Of a stretch of DNA of 64,000 nt, positions 41,461-58,324 are shown one piece after another. The stretch comes from Auanema rhodensis (Eukaryota > Animalia > Nematoda). A program made the translations under genes and the position numbers. Below the pieces are notes generated by a model. The model saw only the letters and a program-made list of their open reading frames with translations, ran no database searches and had not been told where the DNA came from. Every line of letters begins with the position of its first letter. Positions within the stretch are counted from its first letter, which is position 1. Location: positions 7,378,001 through 7,442,000 of the forward strand of contig OZ059897.1 of the NCBI GenBank assembly GCA_964057225.1. Reading direction: 5' to 3'.

Positions 41461-42790
41461 TACTTTTCATTTCAATGATGTATGACAAGATTCGTAGCCG
41501 AATACACTCATTCGTCCGTTTTTAAAAATAGCTGAAAGAAGTACACAAATACCACGCTAGCAAGATCACTAACAGCACATTTTCGTATGATAAGATAGAC
41601 AAAGGAAGGCTTTGACACCAAAATAACATGAAACTACATTTAAAATACAAAAATGACCTTGAAATTAGGTTATCAGTAGAGATATAACAAAACGTAAGAT
41701 CATCTTTTCAAATCAAATTAAAATGATTTTCAAAATTCTCGAAAAACAACGCTTCATTTTGCAAGTGTTTGTGTTAGTGAGCGGTTGTTCTTGAACAATG
41801 TAAATATTTCCTTCTAAAGTTTCGATCTTAAAACAACTTCATACTATGTGTATAGAGCATATTTCTTCTTATACCTGACTCGTTAACATATTTTACTATC
41901 ACAATATTTTTTTATTCTAGATAACGATTACACTTACCCGAGCTTATCTAACATAAAATAAAAAAGAGCAGATTAAGTATTGGATTGCTTTTGACTTACG
42001 TCTCTCTTTTTTCTTCTCATTCAGTCTATAATTCTTTCATCTTTAATCTATTATCTGAACTATATTTTCTTTATTGTCCGTAGTCCTGAGTTTAGTTGAA
42101 GCTGAGAATGCATTGCCTGATAAACTCCGCCTTGTCCATCATTTTCAACTCTCCGTGTCCGCCTCTATATTTCGTTGTATTTCTCTGTTCCTACTCGAAC
42201 TACTTCATGTTTAAACTGATCCTTTAGTTGAGGAGGAGGAAAGAGAAGACTGCTCTCTAGGTTCAATCTCTTTCTTCAACACTAGGAGAAGAGCCAGCAG
42301 AAGCTATTTCACCAAATGTTTTCGAGACGTATAATGTTTTCAGTCAGATATTTTTATCTTCACCTTCTCTCATGATATGTAGTTCGTTTAGGATCATGAC
42401 ATTCTGTTTTCTTATAGAACAAATGCGCGCCAAACCAAAAAACTTTAGTCAACATGATCTTTTTTCTTAGTTATATAGTTGGAGAATGAAATCATGTTGG
42501 TTAGTATCATATAAAAACCATCATCACACAGCAACTTTCTTAACTAAACTTGCTATTGTTTTTAATTCAAAATAATCGATTCATTGTCTAATTTGTCTTT
42601 TATCTGAACTGAACATTGGAACGTTTATCAAAGCAAAGCATTTCATGTGCCTTTCAATTATTTACTTGCTTGTTGTTTTAGTACATTTTTTCTCGTGAAA
42701 ACTTCTGTATTCCTCCCCAATCTGTTTGCTTTTGCCACGTTATTGATTCAATTTTAAATTTAATTCTCCAAATTCATTCATTTTCTAGTT

Positions 42791-45459
<2,669 letters not shown>

Positions 45460-45728
45460 TTTTCGAAAATCTCTAATTTAATAGAAAATAATGTATTAAT
45501 AATCGCCGGTTGTATTGATGTATGTAGCTTGTTTTTCATTATTTTAAATTTTATACTTTCATATGTAACTAGATAGTTTTTTAAGAATTTTATTTTTTAG
45601 TTTTATTAAAATTTTGTTTCAAATATATACAAAAAGTTTTGTGCAGCGGTTTATTTCTGATAATGCTATCTGAATCCACAACACACAAAGAAAACTTACA
45701 ATTTTCTTAGAATTAGATGGTTTAGTCC

Positions 45729-48700
45729 ATGTTTCGATCAACCGGGCTCTTTAAGGAGCTTGTTTGTCCGATTCAGAATTGTGATAGGCCAAATTGCGTT
45801 TTTTGGCATGAAGGTCTGGCTTATGATCCAGTTATTATAAAGTAATTTTTGTTGTAGAATCACATCTTCAGAATCGGCAAAATGCTCCTCCACCTAACCC
45901 TCCGACCAGGTTTCGTTTTACGTTAATAAGTTTATATTCTCTTAGTTTTCAGTATCACTTCACCAAGCGCACAAAATTTTTATGGCTATAATGCTTACGT
46001 AGCGGCTGATGAGTACAACATTCCTTCTCAATATGCACCACTCGAGCCTCCCTCCATGGGATATACTGGTAACATAGAAGAATATGAACTGGGATCCATG
46101 TATTTTATAGGCTATGTTGCTCCTTCATATAGTGGCACAATGTCTTTCCCTCCAGAGAACGGATATCATGCAACTATGAATAGCCCTTCCACCTCTAGGA
46201 GTCCGACTGGTGTTGTTAGTTCAATTTCCAATTACAGTCCACTTTCTCCTGAACCTATAATTCCACCAGTTCCGAAAACTATAAGCCCACCACCTCCTTT
46301 AGAGAAAGAGATAGTTATTAAGACGGAAGTTGAAGATGTATGTTTTATTCTTCTCCATACTTTCTTGACTAAATTCTTATTATTTTCAGGATGATATTGT
46401 GATTGTTGCGGAAAAGATTAAATCTCCTGTTGAAAACAAAACATCAGTGATTGCCAGGTTAAGTAGCCTTCCAATTCCAAAGGTTTGTCATATTTTCAAC
46501 AACAAAGAAAACAAAATATATCTTTCAGGCTTTACCCGATGTAGCTTCTCTTGACGCTGAGATTGAACGGCTGCAAAAACTTCGTGAAAAGGTTTGAATA
46601 CTATAGTTAAATTTGGCATGAACATTGTTAATTAAGGCTAAAAGAAACTCGAATAGCTTCGATCAGTCAGCATCACCACCACAATCACCAGCCCCAGTTC
46701 TAACTCCAGCTCCAAAGGTTGATCTTATTAAGTTTCCGTTGTTTAAATTTGTGTTTTCTAGCCTAAGCCTATCAGTGTTGTTGGATACACACCTACTCCT
46801 TTAGAAGATCTACGTAAACAGAAAGAAGAAGAAAGAAAGAAAAAACTGGAAAAGGAGGAACGTAGAAGACTCAGGGAATTGGAAGCTCAGAAAGAACAGG
46901 AACGAAAAGAGAAGGAACGCTTAAAGAGGGCTGTTGCCGAAAAGAAAAGTAGAAAGTTGGAAATAGAATTGTTTGAAGACGTGAGATCGAGTATACTTTC
47001 TATCTTAACTATATTGTGATTTAAGGACGATGTGCCAGCAAAAATTTCCAAATTGGATTCGCCTGAAAAGCGAAGAGCATTCGATGAGGTTATTACTTAT
47101 ATTTCGTTTTGATTTTTTTCTCTTATTTTAGGCGTCGTTCAATCAAAAGGTAGAAGAACGAATGAAGAAAATGGCCAGAGAGAAAGCTCATATGTCACCT
47201 AAACCTCTGCCATCACCTAAGCCTCCACCACCTCAACGCCCTGTCATGAGACCCCCACCTGTAGTTCCTCGATCATCAGAAGCAGCTCTCCAAATGCGTA
47301 AGCAGGAAAAAGGTGTTGGATTATCGGCTGAACAGATTGCTGCTGCAAAGCAACGGATTGCGAGGCCCGGGGCTGATGTATGAACATATTTATTATAAGC
47401 CAATTTGAATATTATTTAGACTATCGTTCGTCCTGTTAAAACATCACGTCATCTTCCCACTCCATCTGAGACACTCAGACTACGTCAAGAGCGTAAAGCA
47501 GCTGAAATAGCCAACACCCGAGAAAGTTGTAATGGAAAGGTATAAATTAGTTTCGATAAATATTTTCTTACTGGTATTATATAGCCAAAAACCTTGGAAC
47601 AAATATATGGCTCTAAGACTAAGACTTCTGTGTCCGCTCGTTCAGATGGACGTCGGGTAGCAACGGCATCTAGTTCTTCGGTAAAACATTAGTTTGTTTG
47701 TTTTTCTACTAGCCATTACAGACTCCGAAGAAAACACTTACTCTTCTTGATCCTACAAATAGCAAGGTTCCTAACAGGGATAGGATGAGCTATTTACAAA
47801 GATTTTATGATGAACTGATAAATTTCATGACTCCTGAAGAATCTTTGGAACAGGTAACCGAATAGCCCAGATGTTAAAACTATTTCAATGTTTCTAGGCT
47901 GCTCAAGAGGAGAAGATCCTTATAGATAAAGTTCATGCACGAAAAGGGTATCTCATAGCCGCAGTGAACACATTGAATAGATTACGAAGTGCTTCCGAAA
48001 ACAAGAAAAATCCCAATTCTAAGAAAAGTTCGATTCTTTCAAGCTTCAATATGTTTCGAATGTATCTTTCAGCTCCTTCGGTTTCTCACTTCCGTTGCCT
48101 AGCTGGTAAATCCGCTGATCTCATAACTGTGGGTGCTCATGGTCCTAAACGAGAATCTCTAGTAACTGAATCTTCACTTTACAAAGCACTTTCTGAAAAT
48201 TATTTGCTGACATCTGCCCAAATTGTTCAAAACTCGTACGTGATCTTGTTCAATATAATTTTTCATTACATTATTCTGCAGATATCCTCACTTTACTTGT
48301 AATAATACCGTTTATATTGAACCCAGTTACTATGACAAGAAGAAATGCAAGAAAACATTTACTTCCAATTCTGGTAGAGAAACATCCATAATTATCAACA
48401 ACTTTCATTTTTTGATTTCAGATTTAGAACGATTTTGCGTAAGATGTTGTAAGGAATATAGATTGTGTCCTAAAGGAATTCCACAGAAAGCAACATGTGT
48501 ATACCATCTTCGCGGAAAAGCTCGAATGCCAGGAAGTTTGTTAAACAAAATTTTCTCGTAATTTTAGTTGTTACCTTTAGAACGACGCAACAATGAATCT
48601 ACATATCCTTGCTGTGGTAGTGATGATGGTGAAGCAGGATGTTTGATGGCTGAATACCATGTTTCGGATACTTTGAGGCAGATAGATCTTGATACTTTCA

Positions 48701-49463
48701 TAGCAACACCGAAGCCAACTGGAGAAAATGATCCACGGAGTACGAAGGTATTGAACGAAATTCCAATGCTCATATAACTTATCTAAATATCTAGGTTTAT
48801 GCCCTAGATTGTGAAATGGTATATACTGTATGGGGACCGTTTCTTGCCAGAATTACTATTGTAGATATGAAAGATGATGTTTGAATAAGATTAAATTAAA
48901 GTATTTTAATATTTTTGTTTCAGGTAGTTCTAGATGAATTTATTAAACCAGATCACACTGTAATCGACTATAATACTACTTTTTCCGGTATTACTACACC
49001 TGATCTCATAAATGCCAAATATAGTTTGAAAACTGTGTGTTATTTATTCTTTTGTTTTATTCTAAATTCATACTTTTCAGATTCGAGAAAGAATTTTTGA
49101 GTTAATCAATTCAGAAACTATTATCGTCGGCCATAGTCTGGAAAGTGATCTAAAAGCCATGAGGCTTGTACATAACTCTATTGTTGACACTGCCATTTTA
49201 TTTCCTCATAGGTATTTCATGAATTTAATTATTGTATGTTTTTATATTTTTTTAGAACTGAGAACGATAAGAAGAGAGGCTTGAAAGAACTAGCTATGGA
49301 TAAGCTCAATAAAGTTATCCAAGAAGATCGTAAGCAGAATCTTATTATACGTACGCTAACATTCAAATTTCCTATTTCAGTTGGTGGTCACGACAGTAAA
49401 GAAGATGCAGTAACAGCCTTTCAACTTGTCTTACACAAAGCAAAGTTCGAGGGAAAATTGTAA
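45729..49463 (+). CDS. pqe-1: RNA exonuclease 1 (REXO1/PQE-1-like), DEDDh family
   Basis: N-terminal MFRSTGLFKELVCP...C...C..H like REXO1, a Pro-rich/coiled-coil middle, and C-terminal ALDCEM, GHSLESDL, VDTAILF and GHDSKEDA exonuclease motifs. Confidence 0.85.
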
Positions 49464-49673
49464 ATTTTCTGTCATATTTGAATATTGTACCCAAGTCATA
49501 TTCTGCTTTACCTTTTTTATTGTTTTCCACTTATGTGCGGGTGCAAATTCGTTTTTTTTAACTTTTCAATAATATGTTTGTTATGCAAATGTTTTGAATA
49601 TATATTGTTTTATCGATTTGTCTACCTGTGAATCAACCAATTAATTATTACTTCTTATTTCTTTTTGAGATAT

Positions 49674-51504
49674 ATGGCTGCCCGAATAACTAAATTCGGG
49701 AAAACATTATGGGAGCATAAAAAGAAAACAGCTTTCGGAGTTTATCTTCTTTATTTGGGTGCTGATTTTGCGCAAAGATGGAATTTGTAATTTTTTAAAA
49801 TGAAGTATTAATCTAATAGTACTGAGCTTGTTCAGGAATAACAAAATTCGAACTGTATATTGTGAACGGGCACTGAAGTATGGGCAAAAACCTCAGTCAG
49901 GTTCGTTGTCTAATCACATGTTATGGTTCAAACCTAACTTGGTGTACAAGTTAATATAAATGTTTTTGTATTTTTTAGCTGAAGATAAACCTAGAAGAAT
50001 TTGTGTCTTAGCCAATGTATCAGCTAAAGAACGAGGATGTTTTGATGATTTCAAAAAAAATGTTCTACCCTTATTTCACTTAGCAGGTCTTCAAGTTGAT
50101 ATTATTAAGGTGATTAGTTATGTGATTAATACAACAATCATTTCATTTTCAGTCTGATACGGAAAAACAATTAGAGGCTTTGGCTGCAGCTGTTGATTCC
50201 CAAGAAGCAGACGCCATATATATTGTCGGAGGTGATGGTACAGTTGGCCGTGTTATTACTGGTATTTTCCGAAACAGGTAAATATGTAAAGAAATATATT
50301 AAAACTGAAAATATTTTCAGAGAAACTCCAGCATTACCTGTTGGTATTTATCCTGGAGGATATGATAATGTGAGCTTGAAGCGACTAGTACCCCAAGTTT
50401 TCGGTATGTTTTTGGAAAAAATGTTTTGTTAACATATTTTTTTAGGTTTAACTGATGATATAAGAAGATGTTGTGAAAGTGCTATGGCTCTTATTGAGAA
50501 TCAAAAGACGTCCTTATCTGTTTTTGAATATCAATCGGTTAGTTTGATATTTAGTATCATAAAATGATGTGATATTGAAGGAATCGAGTGAGGAACTGCC
50601 TATGTATAGTATTGGAGATGTTACTGCTGGTTGGTTTAAGCATATTGAGGAAAAAAGAAAGAAGATGTGGTATTTTGGTCCTCTAAAGCGAAGATGGGCT
50701 TATATCTGGGAAATGTTGAAGGTAGTAATCATTACCATGTATGTTCGTCTATTTCTTTTTTCCAGAGATCACCAGCAGACTTGGCTGGGTCTGTTACATA
50801 CGAAGAAGCTTGTGAAGGCTGTCAAAACTGTCGAGCTCCTATAGTCGTGAACACCCCAGAATGGCGTTGGTGGTATGTTCTCACAGGTGTTCCCAAATAT
50901 AAACAACAGGAAGAAGGTGGTTTACATTAACATAATACATAAACTTATATTTTATTAGTTCGCAAAGATTACTCGAATATTGTCAATGAGAGTTGTGGAT
51001 TACAACATGATTTAACAGTGAAGGGAACTGAAATTCTAATTGAAAATGAGCAAAAAGAGGTTAGTATGTCTTCCGAACAGAATACAGTTTTCTGTTTAGG
51101 ATTGCTCTCTTTTGAGACTTAAGGTTGGAGGCACTGACATCGGAAGATTTGGTGTAATATCTGAGGGCATGAACCGGTACTGGCTTTTTCAATCACTCAA
51201 TTTCTAATGATATTTCTGCAGATGTTCGAATGACATAGTTGGGTACAGCCAATCTGAGAACTTCTATGGAACCAACATTCTGGCAAGCTCTATTAGATTT
51301 ACATTCACAGAATTACCTGTAAGAAATTTCCTTCAATCTCTGTAATTTTATCAAATTGTTCTTCAGGAATTCCTCAGCAGTTTGTACATATCTAGCGACA
51401 AGCATGATATGTCCACTGAACAGACAGTGCGGATACGAACAACAGATCGGAAAGTAGATACATATTTACCTTCAGAAATTACTTTAGATGCTAAAACTTT
51501 ATAA
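49674..51504 (+). CDS. AGK: Acylglycerol kinase (mitochondrial, DAGK-like domain)
   Basis: N-terminal KTLWEHKKKTAFG plus a TM segment, FKKNVLPLFHLAGLQVDIIK, ATP loop VGGDGTV, and KMWYFGPLKRRW. Confidence 0.9.
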
Positions 51505-51565
51505 GCAAAGTCGACTAGTTTATGAGATAGGACTTTTGTTATTTGTTGTTGTTAATTATTTGATA

Positions 51566-52113
51566 ATGAAAATTTATGAAAAATATTTTATTCATATTCC
51601 TTTTATTTTTCAAACACACGGAACTGGTTGTATTCATTTAAAATGGGCGGTAAGAAGACGGTCACTCCTAAAACAGTTAGAACATGTCCGACTTGTTCCC
51701 AGGAAGTTTAGTTTTGTGTTTAATTTTTTAATTATAACTTTTGATTCCAAGACTTTGGAAGACCATGGTACAACTCATGGACTTCTCTGTTGCTTAGGTC
51801 TTTGGTGGGTTTGTGGATTGGGATGCTTGTTCTACAGGTACATCAGTATATGTTTGGAAGAATTCTATATATTCGTATACATATATATCAGAATCTTGAG
51901 TGAAGAATATTGCGAGTCATGTGACACTATTAGGATTTTAGCAAAAGGAAGGGAAGCAAGACGATTAGAAGTAATTTCAACATCCCTACCTACTAAACTA
52001 TTTTCTAGTTATATATTGATGATATTTCGATATATGAACAGCCATTGATAGATGAAGCTATTCAGGAAGAGCAACCCAAAATGATTGTTGTTGAAAAGAA
52101 TAAATCGGATTAA
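51566..52113 (+). CDS. Small Cys-rich membrane protein (BRI3/LITAF-like layout), start uncertain
   Basis: Four exons join in phase via canonical short introns: ...GTGCIHLKWA|TLEDHGTTHGLLCCLGLWWVCGLGCLFYR|ILSEEYCESCDTIR...LE|LYIDD...KSD*. Confidence 0.55.
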
Positions 52114-52142
52114 TATTGAATAACTTTTATGAATTAAATTAG

Positions 52143-52921
52143 TTAATAAAAACAAATTGTATGAAGAATGTTTCTTTTCTGGTTTTCTGCTTCAAATTCA
52201 GTCAAAATTTCATCAATTTCATTGTCAAGATCAGAACATTTTTCCAACTGAAATAATTGTGATGATTGAAAAGGTTCGTTCATAAACTTACTTTAGCACA
52301 AATATCGCACACAAACCATGCTCCAACGGTAGCTTCCTCTGGATTATCTTCGATATCTATGTTAATAACATGAACGGGATTTAAGGTAACTTGAGAGCGA
52401 GAATGTAAATGTTCCACAACCTTAAATAAAATATAAAAATGATAAAATAATAAGTTTTCATGTATTACCTGATCATAAACTCTTTCCTCTAAACATATAA
52501 TAACATCAAATTCTTTAGTTTCTTTTTGAAATTTCTGTGGACATTCCTTTATTCTTCTATTTCTATCTAGCATACTAAGTAAACCATTTTGTAAATAGCT
52601 GAAAAATAATTATAAAATGTGGATAATAACGTTCGTTTTTATTTACAAGGCTTGGTCCTTATTTTTCAAATCATTGTAAATGAAATCATATGTTGTTGCT
52701 CCGAATTCATAACAATTAGGTTTATCTACTGACGGTCCCGGCAATTTTACCTGAGTACCAGAACCATATGAATCTATTTGAAATCCTCGTTTTCTATAAT
52801 GAAAAAAAAATAATGCATTCTAAGCTTGCAAATAATCTTACTGAAGAAAACTGTGAGCTTCCATACTTCTATTCATATTACTAGAGCAACTAACAGCAAA
52901 TCGAAGCTTTTCGCCGATCAT
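52143..52921 (-). CDS. ssup-72: RNA polymerase II CTD phosphatase SSU72
   Basis: MIGEKLRFAVSCSSNMNRSMEAH (CX5R catalytic motif), VKLPGP, MLDRNRRIK, EERVYDQV, IDIEDNPEEA, ending LHTICFY*. Confidence 0.96.
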
Positions 52922-53467
52922 GACTAATCCTAGTTTTTATATTTACAATTAAAATAGTGATTTAGCTAAAACTGAGATCTTCAAGAACTTCAACAGTGAA
53001 CGTTTAAGCGGACGAATTAGCTAGCGTTCAAAAAGTGCGCCAGTCGTTTGCATTTATTCATCTCATGGCCGTTAAATTCGCTAAAATTTATTTCAAACTT
53101 CAAGTTCGTACTTTAGTATACTATAGCTTTTATAAACTGGGATGTTAAGTAAATAAGTTAATTTTTTAAAAATTTTACTTTTTGAGTTTGTGTCTTTATG
53201 ATTGATTATTATATTTTTTTTACATTTGAACATCTTATGCTACCTGGAATAAAATATGTTTGAATACATAATCCCTGGTAGAAGATAAAGAACCGAATCT
53301 GTGCTTCCAAGTTTAGAAATAATCTAGGTTTCCCAAACCATTAAATTATGTTATCTTGACCTTCCAACATCTTTGTTAGAAATTTCGATTTTTACTAGTA
53401 TTCGCTCAAATACGATCTTGCAGATATAATAAGTTGTATTTTGCTGGGATGTTTATAACTTAATAAA

Positions 53468-55354
53468 ATGCCCAGGATTAATAATGTTGTATTGAATCCA
53501 ACTATTGTACAGAATGAATCGCTTGATGATTATGATTCTTTGGAAGTTGTAGACCCCTGTGCAATCTGCTTGGGACCGTAAGTACAATCAAATATTTATA
53601 TTCATTATGATTTTTTTTATAGTCTTGTGGAGTCAGCATGTGTTAAAGGTTGTGGACATATTTTCTGCTATTCTTGTATCCGAAAATGGATGCAACGCAA
53701 AAATTTATGCCCTTTTTGCCAGAGTCCGATATCATATATTGTTCAATATTCTGGCGAAACAAAGGAGCCGCAAGTGTAATAGTTTAAAATCGAAAGCTTT
53801 TTAATATTAGTTATTTAAGAAAACCTTTAAATGTTATTCACAAAGAAATACAAGCTGAAGTTTCTAGAGATAGATGTAATAAAATGCCTCTGGATACTGA
53901 AAAAGACATTATTACGCGAAGAATGGATGAACTGGAAAAGGATCTTGAAGATCTCAGAAAAGACATGTACTTTTTAAATGTTTAGTTCACATATCTTATA
54001 CCTCTTCAGTGGTAGCTTCAATGATCGTAATAATTATAAGGAAATTGTGACGGAACGAACAATACTTCGGTCACTTATGCAACAAATATCGGGAAAAAGT
54101 TTGACCAGGTAGATATTATAAATCAATTTTAACTCAAATAGATATTTTTCAGAAATGAGTTGGTTAGTAATCTGTACTTTCGACGTTTAATTTACAAGTT
54201 AGACACTGAATGGTATGAAGTAGAAAGGGATGTTAATCCATTTAGAGTAATTGAGTCGTAATTTATACAGATCAAATATGAAACTCTAGATTACATTCAA
54301 CTTTGGGAATAAAATGTCAAAAGAAACCAGACTCAGATTATTAAGTTGGATAGAAAATGAACTTGTTGTTTTAAAGGTTTCGAACTATGTATGATGGTTG
54401 TTTGTTTTAAAATTTAAAATTTACTTATTCAGAAAGAGGTTGCTAAATCTTTGTTAGACATTTGCAATGAAAATTGTGTTTATTCTACGATGTTCCAAGT
54501 AAGATTCATTTAGACTTCTGAGAGTATCATTTCGAATTTGCAGAACTATTTGAAATCTCTTGATTTTTCTAAGCAATCTATCGAGTATTTCCAACGTGAA
54601 CTCAGTGATTTTGCGAATAGTCAATTAGCTATGAATGATTATTGGAATATTTGTGGGTATAGGTAACATCGTATCTCATTAAAGAAACATTTTTACTCGA
54701 TTTGTTTAGAATGTATGATGGAGTAATACCGCATGTAGGTGACTTTAGTATCAGTCGCTCAACAGGTATTTTTTTCGTAATATTTTAAATTATAACTTAA
54801 TATTACAGACATAATTATTCCTCTTATTGAACTAGATGACGATGATGAAGACAATGATCTAGATGATATAGAAGGCGAAGTACGTTTTTTTCTTTAAATT
54901 ATACTTATTTCAATCTGCTAGGTTGAAGAAATATCGTCAGATTCTGATGGTGAATCTTCTTTGTATATGAGACAAGCATGTCTTTTGAGAATCCCGAAAC
55001 GAAAGCATGAGTCAAATGTAAACTAAAGATTTATTATTGAAATAGTAAGATCAATGATTGTAGCATGTGGACCCAGAAGGTCTTGAAACAATACCAAACT
55101 TCGCTTCTACTTCATCAGAATCGGGAAATAACTCAGCTAGTATTTTAGGTAAAATTTAGTAAAAAGATATATGCAAATAATCTATTTATGTTTTTTTTAG
55201 GATTATTTAGTGGATGTGATCAAGAATTGGTAAGTGAATCTTAATAATAATATTGTTCAAAAGTAATATTCAGGATGTTAGAACTGATATGCCTACAAGT
55301 GAATCAGCCAGGGGTACTAGTATTAAACGTCGGAACTTGACTAAATATCCTTGA
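53468..55354 (+). CDS. TOPORS-like C3HC4 RING E3 ligase, shorter paralog
   Basis: RING CAICLGPLVESACVKGCGHIFCYSCIRKWMQRKNLCPFC, RLLSWIENEL, EYFQRELSDFANSQL, and an acidic SIM-like IPLIELDDDDED. The 3' end is approximate. Confidence 0.75.
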
Positions 55355-55985
55355 CTGTATAATAGCATTTAAGAATTATGAAATTGATTATCGATTAATT
55401 ATTCTTATATTTCGCTGGTATTTAACTTTCGAAAAAAAAAGTTTCGAAAGAAAACTTCTCTCATGCACGTTGTTTTTGTTGTTTCATATATGTAGAATTT
55501 ATTGTGCCAATAAGTCTGTTGCATTCCAGTTAATCGATGTCGATCATTTTTTAATACAATTATTTATAGAATATCTTTCAAAGTTATTAAAATTATAATA
55601 AAAAAATTTATATTTATTTTAAACTTAACTCTAATGCGGTAGTATGAACTGAATATAAGATATTAAGATGTATATCGCTTCATTTATAATAAGAAGAACA
55701 TACATTGCGCCAGCATCGGAATTAGCATGACGTAAACTGGCAGAAAAAGAGCTTATTTTTCATATTCTGCATAGTCTAATATCATTTATTTACTTTTTGA
55801 AGTTTATTTACGTACTTGGATTAGTCTATTCATACTAACTTTTTAATTTTTCAAACTTATTTTCATTTTTAGTCATAAAAGTCTTGTATAGGCCGTGCTC
55901 TACAAAGTAATGATTCAGTGTAATTTATAAATGGTACATACGCTCATCAATAATTTTCACTGTAATCGAAACCATTTCAGAATAT

Positions 55986-58324
55986 ATGGATATTATGGAA
56001 AATATGACAGAAAATATTATTGAACATGGTGGAGGAGATCAGACACTTAAAAATGAAAAATGCTCAGTTTGCTTGGGAACGTAAGAATTTATTCGAACTA
56101 AATTCTTAATAGCATCATTTTCAGTCTAGTTGAGCCAACAAGTTTAGAGAGCTGTGATCACACTTTTTGCTATGGTTGTATTCGTCGATGGCTCTTACAT
56201 TGTGAAGCGAATTCTTGTCCGTTATGTAAGAAGCCAATATCTATTTTATTGAAATTTGATCATGAAGAAGGAGAGCCTGCAACGTAAGTTACTATCATTT
56301 TATTAATCTATTTTAGCTTTTAAGATCGAAGATATCAATTGATGATCTCCAAAGAGAGTTATTGGATGAACGTACTGCAGCCAGGTGTAATGCTGTGCCA
56401 TTAACCAATGAGCGTTTTCTGATTACAAGACGTATTCATGAACTACGTGTGTATATTACTAGATTAGAAAAGTGAGAACTTATTGCTTTAGAATTTCAAC
56501 AATCTTATTCTTTTAGTGGCCAAGGTGGTCGAGCTGATTATCAAACTAGAGTATCCCAATTAACTGCTCTGAGATTGCTTACACAATCCATTGATGATAG
56601 AAGTATATCGAGGTAATATAAGCAAGTACTTTTTTCTCTAATTGTTGTTACAGAGGAGAATTAGTAAGTAATTCAAAATTTCGGGAAATTATATATTGTA
56701 TGGACGCCCCAGCGTATATTGTTGATCCTAATTCGAATCCTTTAAGGGTAGGCTTTCAAGTTACCGTGTGTATATCCGACAATTGTTTTCAGAGAAATTT
56801 TACTGTAACATATTGTCGTGAAACTCTTTTAGAAAGCCGTGGTAGAGTAATGCCATTCATTCGTAATGAACTTGGTGTTATAGCGAGTCTTTTGAAGCAT
56901 GATGTAAGTATTTTGATAATAAGAACTCAAATACTCTAATCTTTAATTCAGGCAAAATTAGCACTAAAATCTGCTTCTCGGCGAGAAACACTTGCGGAAG
57001 CAATTTTTAATCTTTGCGAACATTATCAAATTATGTCACCTCCATTCAAGGTGTGTATATTATGTTAGCTTTTTTCAATTATTGTTCTCAAAATAGTCTG
57101 CCTTGATCAAGCTCGGATTGGCGTCTGGTGTCACCGAACGATTTCAACATGAGCTCTTTGAATTTGCTAGTAGTCAATTGACCATTCAGCAATATTGGAA
57201 TATTGTAGGATATAAAGGTAAAGAAGTACGGGTTGTCAGTAGAAACAGAGGAAACAGAAACGGTAGGGACAATAATTCAGTTATGTATTTATTTTCGTTT
57301 TTGTTTAGGCGACATTCCTGTAGTAATTCTTGATGACTCTGAAATTCAAAATAATGATGAAGATGATATTCTTGTCATAGAGTCCGATCCTGAACAAGAT
57401 ATTTCTGATGTCGTATGTGTTTTTATATTTTTGTCATGCTGATTTAATGGCTTTTTAAGGTTGCCATAGATGTAGGTACAAACGAAGCTTTCTTCAGACC
57501 ACCTATTTCCGTAGATAGCTTTGGGCAAGATTTTATGCCTGAAAGAGTTATCGTAAGCTTTTATATCAGAAAATTTGTTTTAAACCCAAAGGAATTTCAG
57601 GGTAGATATCGCAACGACTGGCCCCACATCAGAGCCGCTAATCTTAACAAAGTATTAAAGAAATTTGTGAGCTTTAAAATAATTTTTTTTCAGACTACTG
57701 TTGTTTTGTCATCTGATGAGGACAGTAGTGATGAACAGTCTATTGAAAGAATGGATACATCTATTGATTCCGTATGCTTTTTGTCTTTACTAACATCTAA
57801 TGATTTTGTTTAAGATAATACCCGAAACAGAAAAACGACAATCAAGTGACTTAGATGCTACCTCTAATAGTGAATCTCTTGCGGATAACAAAGAAAAGGT
57901 TTGAGCTTTGTTTTTTTTTTTTAATTGTTTTTCTTCAGAATAAGAAAAAACACCATCGTAGTACGAAATATTATCAGAACAAATGCTCCAGGAGGATAAG
58001 CAAAAGTATAAAATCTGGAAGTATCAGGGAAATGAGAGAGTTAGTTGTTTTCTTGCTTCAATTTATTATATTGTTTTCTTTTTCAGATGGGTACGTTGGC
58101 TTCGTTCGGCAGGTGAAAGCTTGGCGAGAGAACTTGAAAACAAGCAGTATGATAAAGATCGTCATCGTGATCGTGAACGTGAACGTGAACGATTCCGTGA
58201 AAGACATCATGGATGGGATCGGGATCGTGAACCTGAACATGACTATCATCAAAATGAGGAAAATCAGTGTGGAAATAGGAAAAAGAAAGAATTTCTTACA
58301 GTTCCATGCCGTCCCAATAAATAG
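55986..58324 (+). CDS. TOPORS-like C3HC4 RING E3 ligase with multiple SIM-like motifs and an RD/RE-rich tail
   Basis: RING CSVCLGTLVEPTSLESCDHTFCYGCIRRWLLHCEANSCPLCK, RVMPFIRNEL, TERFQHELFEFASS (TOPORS-like), and SIM-like IPVVILDDSE, ILVIESD and VVLSSDED. Confidence 0.8.

Noticed and set aside
41994-42020. Minus-strand ATG plus GTAAGT donor as a distant first coding exon of the SelL-like gene
   Set aside because: Splicing to the acceptor at 34961 gives an immediate stop; at most an untranslated exon, and unsupported.
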